Assembly (NCBI GenBank): GCA_031409275.1
Contig: JANNXA010000010.1
Coordinates: 96,001 to 160,000 of the forward strand
Length of the DNA: 64,000 bases
Direction of reading: 5' to 3'
DNA from: Planctomycetota bacterium
GTDB taxonomy: Bacteria; Planctomycetota; B15-G4; SIAN01
Both the position numbers and the translations under genes were made by a program. Below the pieces are notes generated by a model. That model was not told the DNA's origin. It saw only the letters and a program-made list of their open reading frames with translations, and did not search any database. This document shows positions 24,134 through 35,067 of this stretch, piece by piece; the stretch's first letter is position 1, and every line of letters starts with the position of its first letter.

Positions 24134-24591
24134 CGCCAACGCAGCCAGATGGAGATCACGCCGCCGAAGAGTGCTGCCCAGGTCGGAACGTCGCGCGGCG
24201 GTTCGATGGGCGACGACGCGCGCGGCGGTGGCGGTACCGGCCGATCGAGGGACTGCTGCAACTGAGGCTGAACGAAGAGGCCGCGACAACTCGCGCAGCC
24301 GCCGACCGGGGCGCCGTTCCACACACGCCACTCGAGCGTCAGGGTCGAGCAAGCCGGGCAGCGGCCGGGCGGCGCCACCGTCGCCGCTGCGGGGGAATCG
24401 GCGGCATCGACCGGCGGCACGCTCGGCTGGCGTCCGCGCGCCGCGATCCACACCGCCAGCTCGCCGCCGTCGAACCAGAGCCCGTCGCACTCGCAACAGC
24501 GGTCGAGCGCGACCTCTCCATGCGCCGCTTCGCCACGCATCGCCGCGGCGCACTGCGGACACTCGCGGCGCGACGACTTGCGGCTCGCCAT
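24130..24591 (-). CDS. Double zf-TFIIB zinc-ribbon protein
   Basis: CPQC, DRCCECDGLWFDGGEL, CPAC, CASCRGLF, and a hydrophobic C-terminus. Confidence 0.75.
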   Translation of the reverse strand: MASRKSSRRECPQCAAAMRGEAAHGEVALDRCCECDGLWFDGGELAVWIAARGRQPSVPPVDAADSPAAATVAPPGRCPACSTLTLEWRVWNGAPVGGCASCRGLFVQPQLQQSLDRPVPPPPRASSPIEPPRDVPTWAALFGGVISIWLRWR

Positions 24592-24613
24592 CGATGGTCG
24601 CTCCGCGACGCGT

Positions 24614-25480
24614 TCAGCTCGCGGGAGTGGCGTAGTCGTAGAAGCCGCGTTGGCTCTTCCGACCCAACAGTCCCGCGGCCACCATCCGCCGCAACAGCGG
24701 GCACGGCCGGTACTTGTCGTCACCGAGATCGCGGTGGAGCACCTCCATGATGAACAGGCACGTATCGAGCCCGATCAGATCAGCGAGCGTGAGCGGCCCC
24801 ATCGGGTGGCCCATGCCGAGCTTCATCACCTCGTCGATCGCCTCCTTGGTGGCGACCCCTTCCATCAGGCAGAAGATCGCTTCGTTGATCATCGGCATCA
24901 GCACGCGGTTGCTGACGAAGCCGGGGTAGTCGTTGGCCAGCACCGGCGTCTTGCCGAGCTTCCGGGTGGTCGCGACGATCGTTGCCGTCGTCTCGTCGCT
25001 GGTGAGCTGCCCGCGGATGATCTCCACGAGCTTCATCACGGGCACCGGGTTCATGAAGTGCATGCCGATGACGCGCTCGGGGCGATCGCTCTTGGCGGCC
25101 AGCCGCGTGATCGAGATCGAAGAGGTGTTCGAGGCGAGCAGCGTGCGCTTCTCGGTCGAGGCGGAGAGCTTCTGGAACAGCTCGGCCTTGACCTCGAAGT
25201 TCTCGGGCACGGCCTCGATGACGAGATCGGCTTCGGCCGCGTCGAGCAGGCGCGGACTCGGCTTCACGCGCGCGGCGATGGCGTCCGCGTCGGCCTGCGC
25301 CAGCGTCCCCTTCTTCACCATGCGCGCGAGGCTGCCGCGAATCGCCGCGACGCCGCGCTCGAGCGACCCTTCGAAAGCGTCGACCAGCGTGACGGTGAGG
25401 CCGGCCTGCGCGAAGACCTGCGCGATGCCGTTGCCCATCGTTCCCGCCCCGATCACGCTCACTCGCTCGATGTCGCCCAC
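24614..25480 (-). CDS. hbd: 3-hydroxybutyryl-CoA dehydrogenase
   Basis: [41 protein letters not shown] start follows GAGG. Confidence 0.95.
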   Translation of the reverse strand: MGDIERVSVIGAGTMGNGIAQVFAQAGLTVTLVDAFEGSLERGVAAIRGSLARMVKKGTLAQADADAIAARVKPSPRLLDAAEADLVIEAVPENFEVKAELFQKLSASTEKRTLLASNTSSISITRLAAKSDRPERVIGMHFMNPVPVMKLVEIIRGQLTSDETTATIVATTRKLGKTPVLANDYPGFVSNRVLMPMINEAIFCLMEGVATKEAIDEVMKLGMGHPMGPLTLADLIGLDTCLFIMEVLHRDLGDDKYRPCPLLRRMVAAGLLGRKSQRGFYDYATPAS

Positions 25481-25551
25481 GTTCACCTCACCTTGAAGTT
25501 GCCGAGCGCGCCAAGGATGCGCTCGGCTGCGTCCACCCGACTCGCCGGCTC

Positions 25552-26733
25552 CTACCGCTCGACCGCCAGAGCGACGCCGTTGCCGCCGCCGAGGCACAAC
25601 GACGCCAGGCCCTGCTTCTTGCCCTGCGCCTGCAGCGCGTAGAGGAGCGTCGTGAGCACGCGCGCGCCGCTGGCGCCGATCGGGTGGCCAAGCGCGACGG
25701 CGCCGCCGTTCACGTTCACGCGCGCCGGATCGAAACCGCATTCGCGGGTGACGGCGATCGCCTGGACGGCGAACGCCTCGTTGAGCTCGACCACCTCGTA
25801 GGTGTCGGCCTTCGCGCCGATCTTCTGGTTCAGCCGCTTCACCGCCTCGACGGGCGCCATCATCACCCACTCGGGCGCCATGCCGCCGGTCGCGTAGCCG
25901 CGCACGCGCGCGAGCACCTTGCAGCCGAGCTCGGCCGCGCGCTTCTCCGACATCACCACCAGCGCCGCCGCGCCGTCGTTGATGGTCGAGGCGTTGCCGG
26001 CCGTGACCGTCCCGCCCTCCTTCTTGAAGGCCGGCTTCAACTTGCCGAGCTTCGCCGCATCGCTGTCGGCGCGCGGCCCTTCGTCGGCGCTGACGACGAT
26101 CGGATCGCCCTTCGGCTGCGCCACCTTCACCGGCACGATCTCCGCGGCGAACTTCCCGGCGCTCGCCGCCGCCACCGCCTTCGAGTGCGAGCCGGCCGCG
26201 AAGCGATCCTGCTCGTCACGGCCGATCGAGTACTTCTCGGCGACCTTCTCGGCGGTCATGCCCATGTGGAAGTCGTTGTAGATGTCCCACAGGCCATCGA
26301 AGATCATCGCGTCGATCAGCTTGCCGTGGCCCAGACGCACCCCTTCGCGCGCTTCCGGCAGCAGATAGGGCGCCCGCGACATGCATTCCATGCCGCCCGC
26401 GACGATGCACTCGGCGTCGCCGGCGCGGATCGCTTGCGCCGCGAGCATCACCGCCTTCAGCCCCGACCCGCACACCTTGTTGATGGTGACCGCCCCGATC
26501 GAGTCGGGCAGTCCTGCGCCGAGCGCCGCTTGCCGCGCCGGGTTCTGGCCGACGCCCGCCTGCAGCACGTGGCCCATGATCACTTCTTCGACCAGCGCCG
26601 GATCGATGCCGGCGCGCACGACGGCTTCCTTTACGGCGAGCGCGCCGAGCTGCGGTGCGCGCATCGAATTGAACGCGCCCTGGAAGCGCCCGATCGGAGT
26701 GCGAACGGCGCTGACGATGACGGCTTCGACCAT
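25552..26733 (-). CDS. Acetyl-CoA C-acetyltransferase (thiolase II type)
   Basis: [24 protein letters not shown]. Confidence 0.95.
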   Translation of the reverse strand: MVEAVIVSAVRTPIGRFQGAFNSMRAPQLGALAVKEAVVRAGIDPALVEEVIMGHVLQAGVGQNPARQAALGAGLPDSIGAVTINKVCGSGLKAVMLAAQAIRAGDAECIVAGGMECMSRAPYLLPEAREGVRLGHGKLIDAMIFDGLWDIYNDFHMGMTAEKVAEKYSIGRDEQDRFAAGSHSKAVAAASAGKFAAEIVPVKVAQPKGDPIVVSADEGPRADSDAAKLGKLKPAFKKEGGTVTAGNASTINDGAAALVVMSEKRAAELGCKVLARVRGYATGGMAPEWVMMAPVEAVKRLNQKIGAKADTYEVVELNEAFAVQAIAVTRECGFDPARVNVNGGAVALGHPIGASGARVLTTLLYALQAQGKKQGLASLCLGGGNGVALAVER

Positions 26734-26770
26734 GACTTCGCTCCTGCTGGAATCGCGGGAGCGGCGGACA

Positions 26771-27532
26771 TTACCAGCGCGCCGAGCGCCGTCGCGGCGC
26801 GGCGCGCAGCGCCGTCGACGCCGCCCCGCGGAGGCGCGCGAGCACGGTCGGCGCCGCCGAACGGACGGCGGCGGGCGCTTGGCCGCATGCGCCAGCGAAT
26901 GCGAACAGCCCGAGCGCGAAGAAGAGCTCGCCAAGCTCCTGAGCGTCGTTGCGGTGGGCGAGCGGCAGCCAGTCGGCGAGGCGCCGCACGAACGCCAGCG
27001 CGACCAGCAGGAATGGCGCCGCGGCGAGCGGCAGCAGCGGCACGCCGCGGCGCCACGCGAGCCGCGCCAGCGGCGGGCAGAGCGGTGCGACCGCGGCGGT
27101 CGCGATCAGCAGCACGAGCGTGGCGACCAGCAACGAGTACTTCAGCTGCTGGATGCCGTGCAAGTTGTGGAAATTGACCTCGCTTTGCGCGTTCAGCGCG
27201 CGCAGCGGCTCGGGACTCGCGAAGCCGAGGAGCCGCTGGCCCCAGCTGATCTCCTCGCCGACGAAGAGCACCATCGTCGCCGCGCCGAGGCGCAGCAGCG
27301 GCCGCCAGAGCGGACCGCTCCCCTCCGGTCGCGGCGCGAACGAGCGGCGCGCGAAGAGCCACGCCGCGCCGGCGAAGGCGAACGCCGTCGCCGCCTCGAC
27401 CGGCCCATCCTCGTGGCACGCGGAATGGACCGACGCCGCCCCGTGGCGGCACCACGCCATCGCGAGCGCGGCAGCGACGAAGGCTGCGAGCAGCAGCCAG
27501 AGCGAGCGATTCGAGAGCGAGAGTGACGACAT
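26771..27532 (-). CDS. Conserved membrane protein
   Basis: [25 protein letters not shown] motifs with multiple TM segments. Confidence 0.7.
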   Translation of the reverse strand: MSSLSLSNRSLWLLLAAFVAAALAMAWCRHGAASVHSACHEDGPVEAATAFAFAGAAWLFARRSFAPRPEGSGPLWRPLLRLGAATMVLFVGEEISWGQRLLGFASPEPLRALNAQSEVNFHNLHGIQQLKYSLLVATLVLLIATAAVAPLCPPLARLAWRRGVPLLPLAAAPFLLVALAFVRRLADWLPLAHRNDAQELGELFFALGLFAFAGACGQAPAAVRSAAPTVLARLRGAASTALRAAPRRRSARW

Positions 27533-27650
27533 GCGAGGTCCGCGGCGGAGTCGAGCGCGAGCAGCGAGCGAGAGCGCTGCTCCATGGAGAACACGGATCT
27601 CCGACCGCGGCCGCGTCGCGACAGGCGATGCGGAAGAGGTTTCGTGCCGC

Positions 27651-28031
27651 CTACTCGGCCGAAGGCGGCGGCAGATCGATGGCAAGCAACGTGCCGTCGA
27701 ACGCGGCGCGCGCCTGCTCCTTGTCGAAGCGGCGCGGCACCGGCAGCACCGCGCCGAGCCAGCCGGTCGCGGCGCTCGCGCAGCGCGCGCGCACCAGGAA
27801 GGCTTCGTCGAGCTCGTCGACCTCGATCGCCTCGCTCGCGATGCCCCCTAGCACCACATGCCAGTGCATCCCGTCGCCGTCGACCTGCCACGTCGCCGGC
27901 GCCTCGTCGAAGAAAGAGTGCGGCGTGACTCCGGCCGTACCCGGGAACTCCCGCGCCAGAGCGGCCGCGACGGCGTCGCGCGCGTGGTCGATCTCGCGAC
28001 GCATCTGCACCAGTTCGGCTTCAGTGACCAT
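27651..28031 (-). CDS. Hsp20/alpha-crystallin-like small protein (divergent)
   Basis: C-terminal ARAAFDGTLLAIDLP resembles the A-x-(Y/F)-x-x-G-x-L-x-I-x-L-P motif. Divergent from aceE. Confidence 0.5.
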   Translation of the reverse strand: MVTEAELVQMRREIDHARDAVAAALAREFPGTAGVTPHSFFDEAPATWQVDGDGMHWHVVLGGIASEAIEVDELDEAFLVRARCASAATGWLGAVLPVPRRFDKEQARAAFDGTLLAIDLPPPSAE

Positions 28032-28094
28032 GCGACCATCCAGGGAGAGGAGGCTCGCGGCGGCGACGCATCGGTGAGCGCCGCGGGCGACGGT

Positions 28095-28148
28095 TACTAT
28101 CCTCCGCCCCGCACGCAACAGGGGGCCCTGCGGCCCCCCGCACGGAGG
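28095..28148 (+). promoter_or_regulatory. Candidate -10 box, leader hairpin and RBS of aceE
   Basis: TACTAT at 28095-28100, stem GGGGGCC-CTGC-GGCCCCC at 28121-28138, GGAGG at 28144-28148. Confidence 0.4.
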
Positions 28149-28158
28149 CACTCACGGG

Positions 28159-30825
28159 ATGCGCACGCCGATGACCCAAGACCCCGATCCGATCGAAACG
28201 CAGGAATGGGCCGAGTCCCTCGACGGCGTGCTGCAGGTGAACGGGCGCGGACGCGCCGAGTTCCTCGTCGGTCGGCTGCTCGAACACGCCGCGCGCTCCG
28301 GCATCGACCTGCCCGCGCCGATGAACACGCCCTACCTCAACACGATCCCAGCCGTGCTGCAGCCCGCCTATCCGGGCGATCGCGAGGTCGAACGGCGGCT
28401 CAAGCGTCTCATCCGCTGGAATGCGATGGCGCTCGTCCACAGCGCCAACCAGCGCACGCCGGGCATCGGCGGCCACATCTCGACCTTCGCGTCCACCTCC
28501 ACGCTGTTCGAGGTCGGCCTCAACTGGTTCTTCCGCGGCCGCACCGCCGACCAGATCGGCGACCAGGTCTTCTTCCAAGGCCACGCGTCGCCCGGCCTCT
28601 ACGCACGCGCCTGGCTCGAGGGGCGCCTCACCGACTCGCAGATGATGAACTTCCGGCGCGAGCTGCAGCCGGGCGGCGGCCTCTCCTCCTATCCGCATCC
28701 CTGGCTGATGCCCGACTTCTGGCAGTTCCCGTCGGTCTCGATGGGCCTCTCGCCGCTCTGCTCGATCTACCAGGCGCGCTTCAACCGCTACCTGCTGCAC
28801 CGCGGCATGGCCGACACCAGCAACAGCCGCGTCTGGGCCTTCCTCGGCGACGGCGAGATGGACGAGCCCGAATCGCTTGGCGCCATCACGCTGGCCTCGC
28901 GCGAGAAGCTCGACAACCTCACCTGGATCGTGAACTGCAATCTGCAGCGGCTCGATGGACCGGTGCGCGGCAACGGGAAGATCATCCAGGAGCTCGAAGC
29001 CGCCTTCCGCGGCGCCGGCTGGAACGTGATCAAGGTGATCTGGGGTTCCGCCTGGGATCCGCTGCTGGACGCCGACACGACCGGCGCGCTGGTCAAGCGG
29101 ATGGGTGAGACGGTCGACGGTCAGTACCAGAAGTACGTGGTCGAAGAGGGCGGCTACATCCGCGAACGTTTCTTCGGCCCGGAACCGGAACTCGGGCGCC
29201 TCGTCGCCCACTTGAGCGACACCGACATCCGTCGCCTGAATCGCGGCGGCCACGACCCGGCCAAGGTCTACGCGGCGTTCAAGGAGGCCACCGAGACCAC
29301 CGGTCGGCCGACCGTGATCCTCGCCAAGACCGTGAAGGGCTACGGGCTAGGCGAAGCGGGCGAGGGGCGCAACACCTCGCACAACCAGAAGCACCTCGAA
29401 GAAGCGCAGATCCAGAAGTTCCTCTCGCGCATCGAACTCGAGATCCCGGGCCGCAAGGAAGGCGAAGCGCCGTTCTGGAAACCGGCGGAGAACAGCCCCG
29501 AGCTCGAGTACCTGCGCGAGCGGCGAGCGGCGCTCGGCGGTCCGCTGCCGCGGCGCGTCGTCGTCAGCAAGCCGATCGAGGTACCGACGCTCGACTTCTT
29601 CAAGGACTTCCTCGGCGGCAGCGGCACCCAGCAGATCAGCACGACGATGGCGCACGTGCGCATGATGGCCGCGCTGCTCAAGCACCCCGGGATCGGCAAG
29701 CGGCTGGTGCCGATCGTGCCGGACGAGGCGCGCACCTTCGGCATGGAGTCGCTGTTCCGCCAGTGTGCGATCTATGCATCGCAGGGCCAGCTCTACGAGC
29801 CGGTCGACAAGGCGCAGTACCTCTACTACCGCGAGGCGAAGGACGGCCAGATCCTCGAGGAAGGGATCAACGAGGCCGGCTCGCTCGCGAGCTTCATCGC
29901 CGCCGGAACGTCGTACGCGACGCATGGCGAACCGATGATCCCGATGTTCACCTTCTATTCGATGTTCGGCATGCAGCGCGTCGGCGACCTCGTCTGGCAG
30001 GCCGCCGACAACCGTGCGCGCGGCTTCCTGTTCGGCGCGACGGCGGGTCGCACCACGCTGAACGGCGAAGGGCTGCAGCATGAGGACGGCAACAGCCACC
30101 TGCTGGCGCTGCCGGTCCCCAACCTCGTCGCCTACGACGCCACCTACGCCTACGAGCTGGCGACGATCGTGCAGGACGGCATCAAGCGCATGTACGGCGA
30201 CGGCGAGGACGTCCTCTACTACGTCACGATCTACAACGAGAACTACGAGATGCCGGCGATGCCGGAAGGCGCGCGCGAAGGGATCCTGCGCGGACTTCAT
30301 CGCGTGCGCCGCGGCGAAGGCGGCAACAAGCGGCGCGTCCATCTGCTGGGTTCGGGAACGATCCTGCGCGAGGCGCTGCGCGCGGCGGACCTGCTGCGCG
30401 ACAAGTTCGGCGTCACGGCCGACGTCTGGTCGGTCACCAGCTGGAAGGAGCTGCGGCGCGACGCGCTCGCATGCGAGCGCTGGAACATGCTGCACCCCGA
30501 CCAGCCGATGCGCACGCCTTGGATCACCCAGCAGTTCCGCGACGAGCCGTGGCCGGTGGTGGCGACCACCGACTTCGTGAAGGCGATGCCCCACCTGATC
30601 GCGCCGTGGATCCCGCAAGGGCTGCATGCGCTGGGCACCGACGGGTTCGGCCGCAGCGAGACGCGCGCGTCGCTGCGCAACTTCTTCGAGGTCGATGCCG
30701 AGCACGTCGCCGTGGCGGCGCTCTGGCAGCTGTCGAAAGAGGGCGAGATCAAGCCCGCCGACGTCGCCAAGGCGATCCGCGAGCTCGGCGTCGATCCCGA
30801 GGTCGCCTGCCCGACCACGCGGTGA
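28159..30825 (+). CDS. aceE: Pyruvate dehydrogenase E1, homodimeric type
   Basis: DPDPIETQEW, FQGHASPG, TPP motif GDGEMDEPES, NCNLQRLDGPV, EEGINEAG, LNGEGLQHED. Confidence 0.97.
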   Translation: MRTPMTQDPDPIETQEWAESLDGVLQVNGRGRAEFLVGRLLEHAARSGIDLPAPMNTPYLNTIPAVLQPAYPGDREVERRLKRLIRWNAMALVHSANQRTPGIGGHISTFASTSTLFEVGLNWFFRGRTADQIGDQVFFQGHASPGLYARAWLEGRLTDSQMMNFRRELQPGGGLSSYPHPWLMPDFWQFPSVSMGLSPLCSIYQARFNRYLLHRGMADTSNSRVWAFLGDGEMDEPESLGAITLASREKLDNLTWIVNCNLQRLDGPVRGNGKIIQELEAAFRGAGWNVIKVIWGSAWDPLLDADTTGALVKRMGETVDGQYQKYVVEEGGYIRERFFGPEPELGRLVAHLSDTDIRRLNRGGHDPAKVYAAFKEATETTGRPTVILAKTVKGYGLGEAGEGRNTSHNQKHLEEAQIQKFLSRIELEIPGRKEGEAPFWKPAENSPELEYLRERRAALGGPLPRRVVVSKPIEVPTLDFFKDFLGGSGTQQISTTMAHVRMMAALLKHPGIGKRLVPIVPDEARTFGMESLFRQCAIYASQGQLYEPVDKAQYLYYREAKDGQILEEGINEAGSLASFIAAGTSYATHGEPMIPMFTFYSMFGMQRVGDLVWQAADNRARGFLFGATAGRTTLNGEGLQHEDGNSHLLALPVPNLVAYDATYAYELATIVQDGIKRMYGDGEDVLYYVTIYNENYEMPAMPEGAREGILRGLHRVRRGEGGNKRRVHLLGSGTILREALRAADLLRDKFGVTADVWSVTSWKELRRDALACERWNMLHPDQPMRTPWITQQFRDEPWPVVATTDFVKAMPHLIAPWIPQGLHALGTDGFGRSETRASLRNFFEVDAEHVAVAALWQLSKEGEIKPADVAKAIRELGVDPEVACPTTR

Positions 30826-31532
30826 ACGGGGACGACGAGGCGCCGCAGGTCGCCGGCCTGCCGCTCAAGTGGACGAGCTTCCCGTGGCCGGCCGGCTCGA
30901 CGCCGCCGGCTGCGGGAATCGGCGAGCCGGCGTTTCGCATGTACGTGCTGCAGGACCCCGACACGCTGCTCGACCTGATCACCGAAGAGGAGTACCGCGC
31001 GCACGACGACCGGATGCCCTACTTCGGGGAGATCTGGCCGTCCGCCGAATCGCTGGTGGCGAAGCTCCTGTCCGGTCCGCCGCTCGACGGCACCCGCGTG
31101 CTCGACCTCGGCTGCGGGCTCGGCCCCTGCGGCTTCGCGGCGGCGGCGCGCGGCGCCCACGTGACCTTCATGGACTGGGAACCGCGCGCGCTCGAGATCA
31201 TCGGCCGCAGCGTGGTGAAGCAGGGGCGGCCGCTCTCCGACTTCGACTTTGTCGTCGCCGATTGGCGCAAGCCGCCGCCGCTGGCGCCCTTTCGCCTCGT
31301 CCTGGGCGCCGACGTGCTCTACGAGGAGCGCAACGCGCCGGCCGTCGCCGCCTTCCTCGCCGCCCATCTGCCGCCCGGCGGCGAAGCGTGGATCGGCGAT
31401 CCCGGGCGTCCGCACTCGCGGCGCTTTCCCGCGCTGGCGCAACAGCACGGCCTCACCTTCCGCGGCAGCGAGATCCTGCCGCCGCAGAAGCACGGGATCG
31501 AAGTCGTCCTGCAGCGCTACGCCCGCGACTGA
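30822..31532 (+). CDS. SAM-dependent methyltransferase, Methyltransf_16 (protein lysine MTase-like)
   Basis: PYFGEIWPSA, VLDLGCGLG, LGADVLYE, IGDPGR. GTG start overlaps the aceE stop. Confidence 0.8.
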   Translation: MNGDDEAPQVAGLPLKWTSFPWPAGSTPPAAGIGEPAFRMYVLQDPDTLLDLITEEEYRAHDDRMPYFGEIWPSAESLVAKLLSGPPLDGTRVLDLGCGLGPCGFAAAARGAHVTFMDWEPRALEIIGRSVVKQGRPLSDFDFVVADWRKPPPLAPFRLVLGADVLYEERNAPAVAAFLAAHLPPGGEAWIGDPGRPHSRRFPALAQQHGLTFRGSEILPPQKHGIEVVLQRYARD

Positions 31533-31560
31533 GCCCGCGACCGAGCGGGCGATCGGCCGA

Positions 31561-31845
31561 TCAGGGGATCCAGCCCGCGCGCCACGCCATCAGCCACGCA
31601 ACGGCGTGCAGCGCGACGATCGCGAACAGGACGAGGCGGAACGACAGCTTCTGCGTCTTGTGCCGGAAGACGCGCGAGCCCAGCAGCGCACCCGGCCAGC
31701 CGCACAGCAGCGCCAGCAGGTGCAGCGTGTTCTCCGGCACGCGTCGGCCGCCGCGGCGCGAGCGCGACTTGTCGAATCCGTAGGCCACGAAGGCCGCGAG
31801 GCTCGCGACGCCGTGAACGGCGAGGATCGTCGGCAAGGTCGTCAT
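31561..31845 (-). CDS. DUF1294 family membrane protein
   Basis: YGFDK...RVPENTLHLLALLCGWPGALLG...FRHKTQK. Confidence 0.88.
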   Translation of the reverse strand: MTTLPTILAVHGVASLAAFVAYGFDKSRSRRGGRRVPENTLHLLALLCGWPGALLGSRVFRHKTQKLSFRLVLFAIVALHAVAWLMAWRAGWIP

Positions 31846-31903
31846 GGCACCCGATCGCCCGCGCGGCGAGGCGCGCCCTCGATACCGCTTTCGGCGCGCG
31901 CGC

Positions 31904-32920
31904 TCACTGCACCGTGATCGTCTGCGAATTGGTGACCAGCAGGTCGCCGTTCGCGGCAATTCCCCAGCACTCGAAGGTGAACGACATGCCGGAGAGGCTT
32001 GGGTCGACCGTCTCGGTCGCCGTCCATTCGCCGTTCGCATCGAAGGCGAAGATGCCGAAGCTCAGGAACACCGGCGTCCCATCGATGTCGGTCGCCGCCA
32101 GCAGCATCGGAGCATTGGCCCCGCCCTGGCGCACGAACGCGTTCACGTCGCTACCACCCACCGGGTCGTTCACGTCGATGCCGAAGTACATCGGCGAGAG
32201 GTCCTCGGTGATGTCGAGGATCTGCTTGGTGCCGAAGGAACCGACGAGCGTCATCGCGCCGGTGGCCGGATCACCCTCGTAGAGGTCGGTGTCGCTCGAG
32301 ACCCAGAGGCGGCCATCCGCGGTGTACGCGGCTCCGGTCGACTTGAAGCCGATCGCCAGGTTGATGTCGGTCCTGGTGCGCGACGGCAGCGCGATGTCGT
32401 ACATCTTGGAGCCGGCGAAGTAGGTGAAGTGGTCGATCACGCCGGGCGGGAAGGCGAGGTCGCCGCCATCGCCTGCCGTATCGACACCGCTCATGCCGCC
32501 GAGGTTGGTCAGCGCGCCGGTGGTCGAGTCGATCTGGTAGAGGACGTTCGAGTTGAGCGGCACGCCATAGAGCTTCGAGTCGGCGTCGAAGCCGACGCGA
32601 TGGAACTGCACGTTCGGGCCGACATCGATGGTCGTCTCGCTGTCGGTCGTCGGATCCCACACCGAGATCTTGTTGGGCGTCACGTTGCTGAACAGCCAGA
32701 TCTGGCCGGTGCGCGGATGACGGGCCGCTGCGACCTTGGTCTGGCGCATGTTCTTCGACACGAAGGTCGCCTGCCCGGTCTGCAGGTCGATCGACCAGAT
32801 CTCGGGTGGGGCCACGTGGCGGATGCCGTAGATCGGCGCGAACGTCTGCGCCGAAGCGGACGGCGCGAGGAGCGCGGCCGCGGCCGCAACGGAGGCCGCA
32901 AGGACAAGCGAGGTGCGCAT
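31904..32920 (-). CDS. Secreted beta-propeller-like protein with a C-terminal beta-rich domain
   Basis: Signal peptide MRTSLVLAASVAAAAALLAPSASA; repeats of the form IDxxTGxxT (IDLQTGQAT, IDSTTGALT, GDPATGAMT). Confidence 0.7.
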   Translation of the reverse strand: MRTSLVLAASVAAAAALLAPSASAQTFAPIYGIRHVAPPEIWSIDLQTGQATFVSKNMRQTKVAAARHPRTGQIWLFSNVTPNKISVWDPTTDSETTIDVGPNVQFHRVGFDADSKLYGVPLNSNVLYQIDSTTGALTNLGGMSGVDTAGDGGDLAFPPGVIDHFTYFAGSKMYDIALPSRTRTDINLAIGFKSTGAAYTADGRLWVSSDTDLYEGDPATGAMTLVGSFGTKQILDITEDLSPMYFGIDVNDPVGGSDVNAFVRQGGANAPMLLAATDIDGTPVFLSFGIFAFDANGEWTATETVDPSLSGMSFTFECWGIAANGDLLVTNSQTITVQ

Positions 32921-33063
32921 CGAGTGAAGCTCCGGCGAAGCTCGAGCCTCCGCGCGCGGACGATGCCGCGGTCGGCGCGAACGGCCGGGGACGCTAGCTC
33001 GCGACCGCCACGGCGGGAAGACGTGCACGTTGCATCGGCAACTTCTTCCGCACTCGAGCGCGT

Positions 33064-35067
33064 TCACTCCACCCGTGGCAGCCTCCCGCTGAAGCGCAGC
33101 ATCTGCGTCTCGAGGTCGCACGGGTAGGTGATGCGCGCGTCCACCACGCGACCGGCCGCGTCGCGCACCGCCACCAGCTCGGGCTGCACGAATCCGCTGT
33201 AGGAGGGCAGATCGAGCGCCCGGAAGCGCGCCACCACCTCATCACGCAGGCGCGGATCGAAGCGCCGCCCGTACTCGTCGACCAGCGCCTTGCCGGCCGC
33301 GTAGTCGCCCTCCGACTTGATCCGCTGCACCTCGGCCAGCAGCTGGCACGCGCCGCGATGCCACGCCGCGGGATCGACCACGCACCAGAACGTCTTGCCG
33401 TCGCGACGACGCTCGACGATGGCGTCCGTGTGACGCCGGATCCACTGCACCACCAGCTGGCGGTTGCGCATGTGGTCCTCTTCCAGCGTGTCGCCCTCCT
33501 TGACGCGGTTCAGCTGCGTCAACGCGTTGCGCGTGTAGGCCTCGTACTCCGCGAGCTGCGCGGCGCGCGGATCGTCGAGCAGTCCAAGCTCCTGCAGCTT
33601 CGCGTCACCGATGAAGCAGAGCGCCACGAGGTCGGCGCGCGCCTCTTCGAGCGCCGAGTAGCACTCCTTCAAGTGGACGGCCGGGTCGCCCTTCAGCGTC
33701 GCGGCACTGCGCCCCGACGCATGGCCGATCACCTCGTGCATGTTGGTGGTGAGGGCCGCGCACAGCGCCTTCCACCGCTTGCTGCGCGCCGCCTCGGCGT
33801 CGTCGAAGCAGAACTCCCGGCGTGATGATTCGGGCGCCGACTTCTCGTACGCCTCGACCACGTTCCCGAGGCTCACCGACTTGCTGCCGTACTGCTCGCG
33901 CAAGTCCTGCGGATTGGGCAGGTTGACGCCGATCGGCGTCATCGGCCCGCAATCGCCGACCTCGATCACCACCTCGATCGCCTTGGCGGAGATGCCCTTC
34001 ACCGACGGCTTGCGGTACTCCGGCGCGATCGGCATGCGATCCTCGAACCACTGCGCATGCGTCGCGAACTGCCGGATCTGCTCCATCCGCGCCGGATCGT
34101 CGATCGACACCATCGCCTGCCACGTCCCCTTCACGCCGCGCGGATCGACATAGACCTCGATGAAGCCGTTCACGGTGTCGACCGGCGAATCCTGGTCGGC
34201 GACCCAGGCCACGCAGTAGTCGCGGAAGTCCGCCTCCTCGCCGGTCTTGTACCAGCGCATCAGCGCACCGAGCGCGCGCGCCAGCTGCGGCGTCGCATAC
34301 GGGATCGCCGCCTCGAGGTGGCCGAGGATGCGCGTGATCGAATCGGCGTACATCCCGGGCGGCACGAGGTGGTCGAAGCCGGCGCGCCACACCTGCTCGA
34401 CGAGGCGGCCCGCTTCGTCCTTCGCCAGCCGGCTGTTCAGCGCGTAGCGCTCGGTGAATCCGTCGAGGTCGGCGAGACGCACCCCTTCGCCGTAGAGGTT
34501 GTTGGCCGATGCGGTCAGCAGGTCGTGACCGGCCGGCGGATCCTTGCAGGTGACCATCGGCTCGAAGCTGGCGTCGAACAGCAGAGGAGCGAAGCGCTCG
34601 AGCAGCGCCGCGGTCGATTCGCCGGCGCGGCGCGGCAGCGTCGCGCCGCGAGCGTCGGCACGCGCCACCAGCTTCGCGAACGCTTCCTTCGAGCCACCGA
34701 GCAGGAACTTGCGGCTCGTGATCTGGTGGAACGGCCCGCTCTGCAACCACAGCAGCCGCGCGTAGCGGCGCAGCTCGACGAGCGCGGGCCACTCGCTGGC
34801 GTCGACGCCGGCCGCGCGCGCGCCCGACTCCCAGTCGGCGCCGATCGCCCGCAACGCCACCAGCGTCTCCTCGACGAGGTCGCGCAGCGCCAGCCCGTGG
34901 CGGCAGCGCTGGTCGAGGTAGATCTCGCGACCGGCTCGCGCCGCTTCGCAGAGATGCCACACCAGCACGCGCTGCCCTTGCGGGAGCTTCTCGAAGCCAT
35001 CGGCGTAGAGCTGCACGACCGCGCCGTCATCGACCCGCTCGACCAGCCACTTCCGTTCGTCCGCCAT
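33064..35067 (-). CDS. Dipeptidyl-peptidase III (peptidase M49)
   Basis: Zinc motif HEVIGH (HExxGH), EEARAD, NGFIEVY, IGVNLPN. Confidence 0.92.
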   Translation of the reverse strand: MADERKWLVERVDDGAVVQLYADGFEKLPQGQRVLVWHLCEAARAGREIYLDQRCRHGLALRDLVEETLVALRAIGADWESGARAAGVDASEWPALVELRRYARLLWLQSGPFHQITSRKFLLGGSKEAFAKLVARADARGATLPRRAGESTAALLERFAPLLFDASFEPMVTCKDPPAGHDLLTASANNLYGEGVRLADLDGFTERYALNSRLAKDEAGRLVEQVWRAGFDHLVPPGMYADSITRILGHLEAAIPYATPQLARALGALMRWYKTGEEADFRDYCVAWVADQDSPVDTVNGFIEVYVDPRGVKGTWQAMVSIDDPARMEQIRQFATHAQWFEDRMPIAPEYRKPSVKGISAKAIEVVIEVGDCGPMTPIGVNLPNPQDLREQYGSKSVSLGNVVEAYEKSAPESSRREFCFDDAEAARSKRWKALCAALTTNMHEVIGHASGRSAATLKGDPAVHLKECYSALEEARADLVALCFIGDAKLQELGLLDDPRAAQLAEYEAYTRNALTQLNRVKEGDTLEEDHMRNRQLVVQWIRRHTDAIVERRRDGKTFWCVVDPAAWHRGACQLLAEVQRIKSEGDYAAGKALVDEYGRRFDPRLRDEVVARFRALDLPSYSGFVQPELVAVRDAAGRVVDARITYPCDLETQMLRFSGRLPRVE

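Noticed and set aside
28101..28148. Anti-SD (CCTCCG) pairing with the aceE RBS as a riboswitch
   Set aside because: CCTCCG lies directly after the candidate -10 box, so it is probably not transcribed. There is no other riboswitch evidence.
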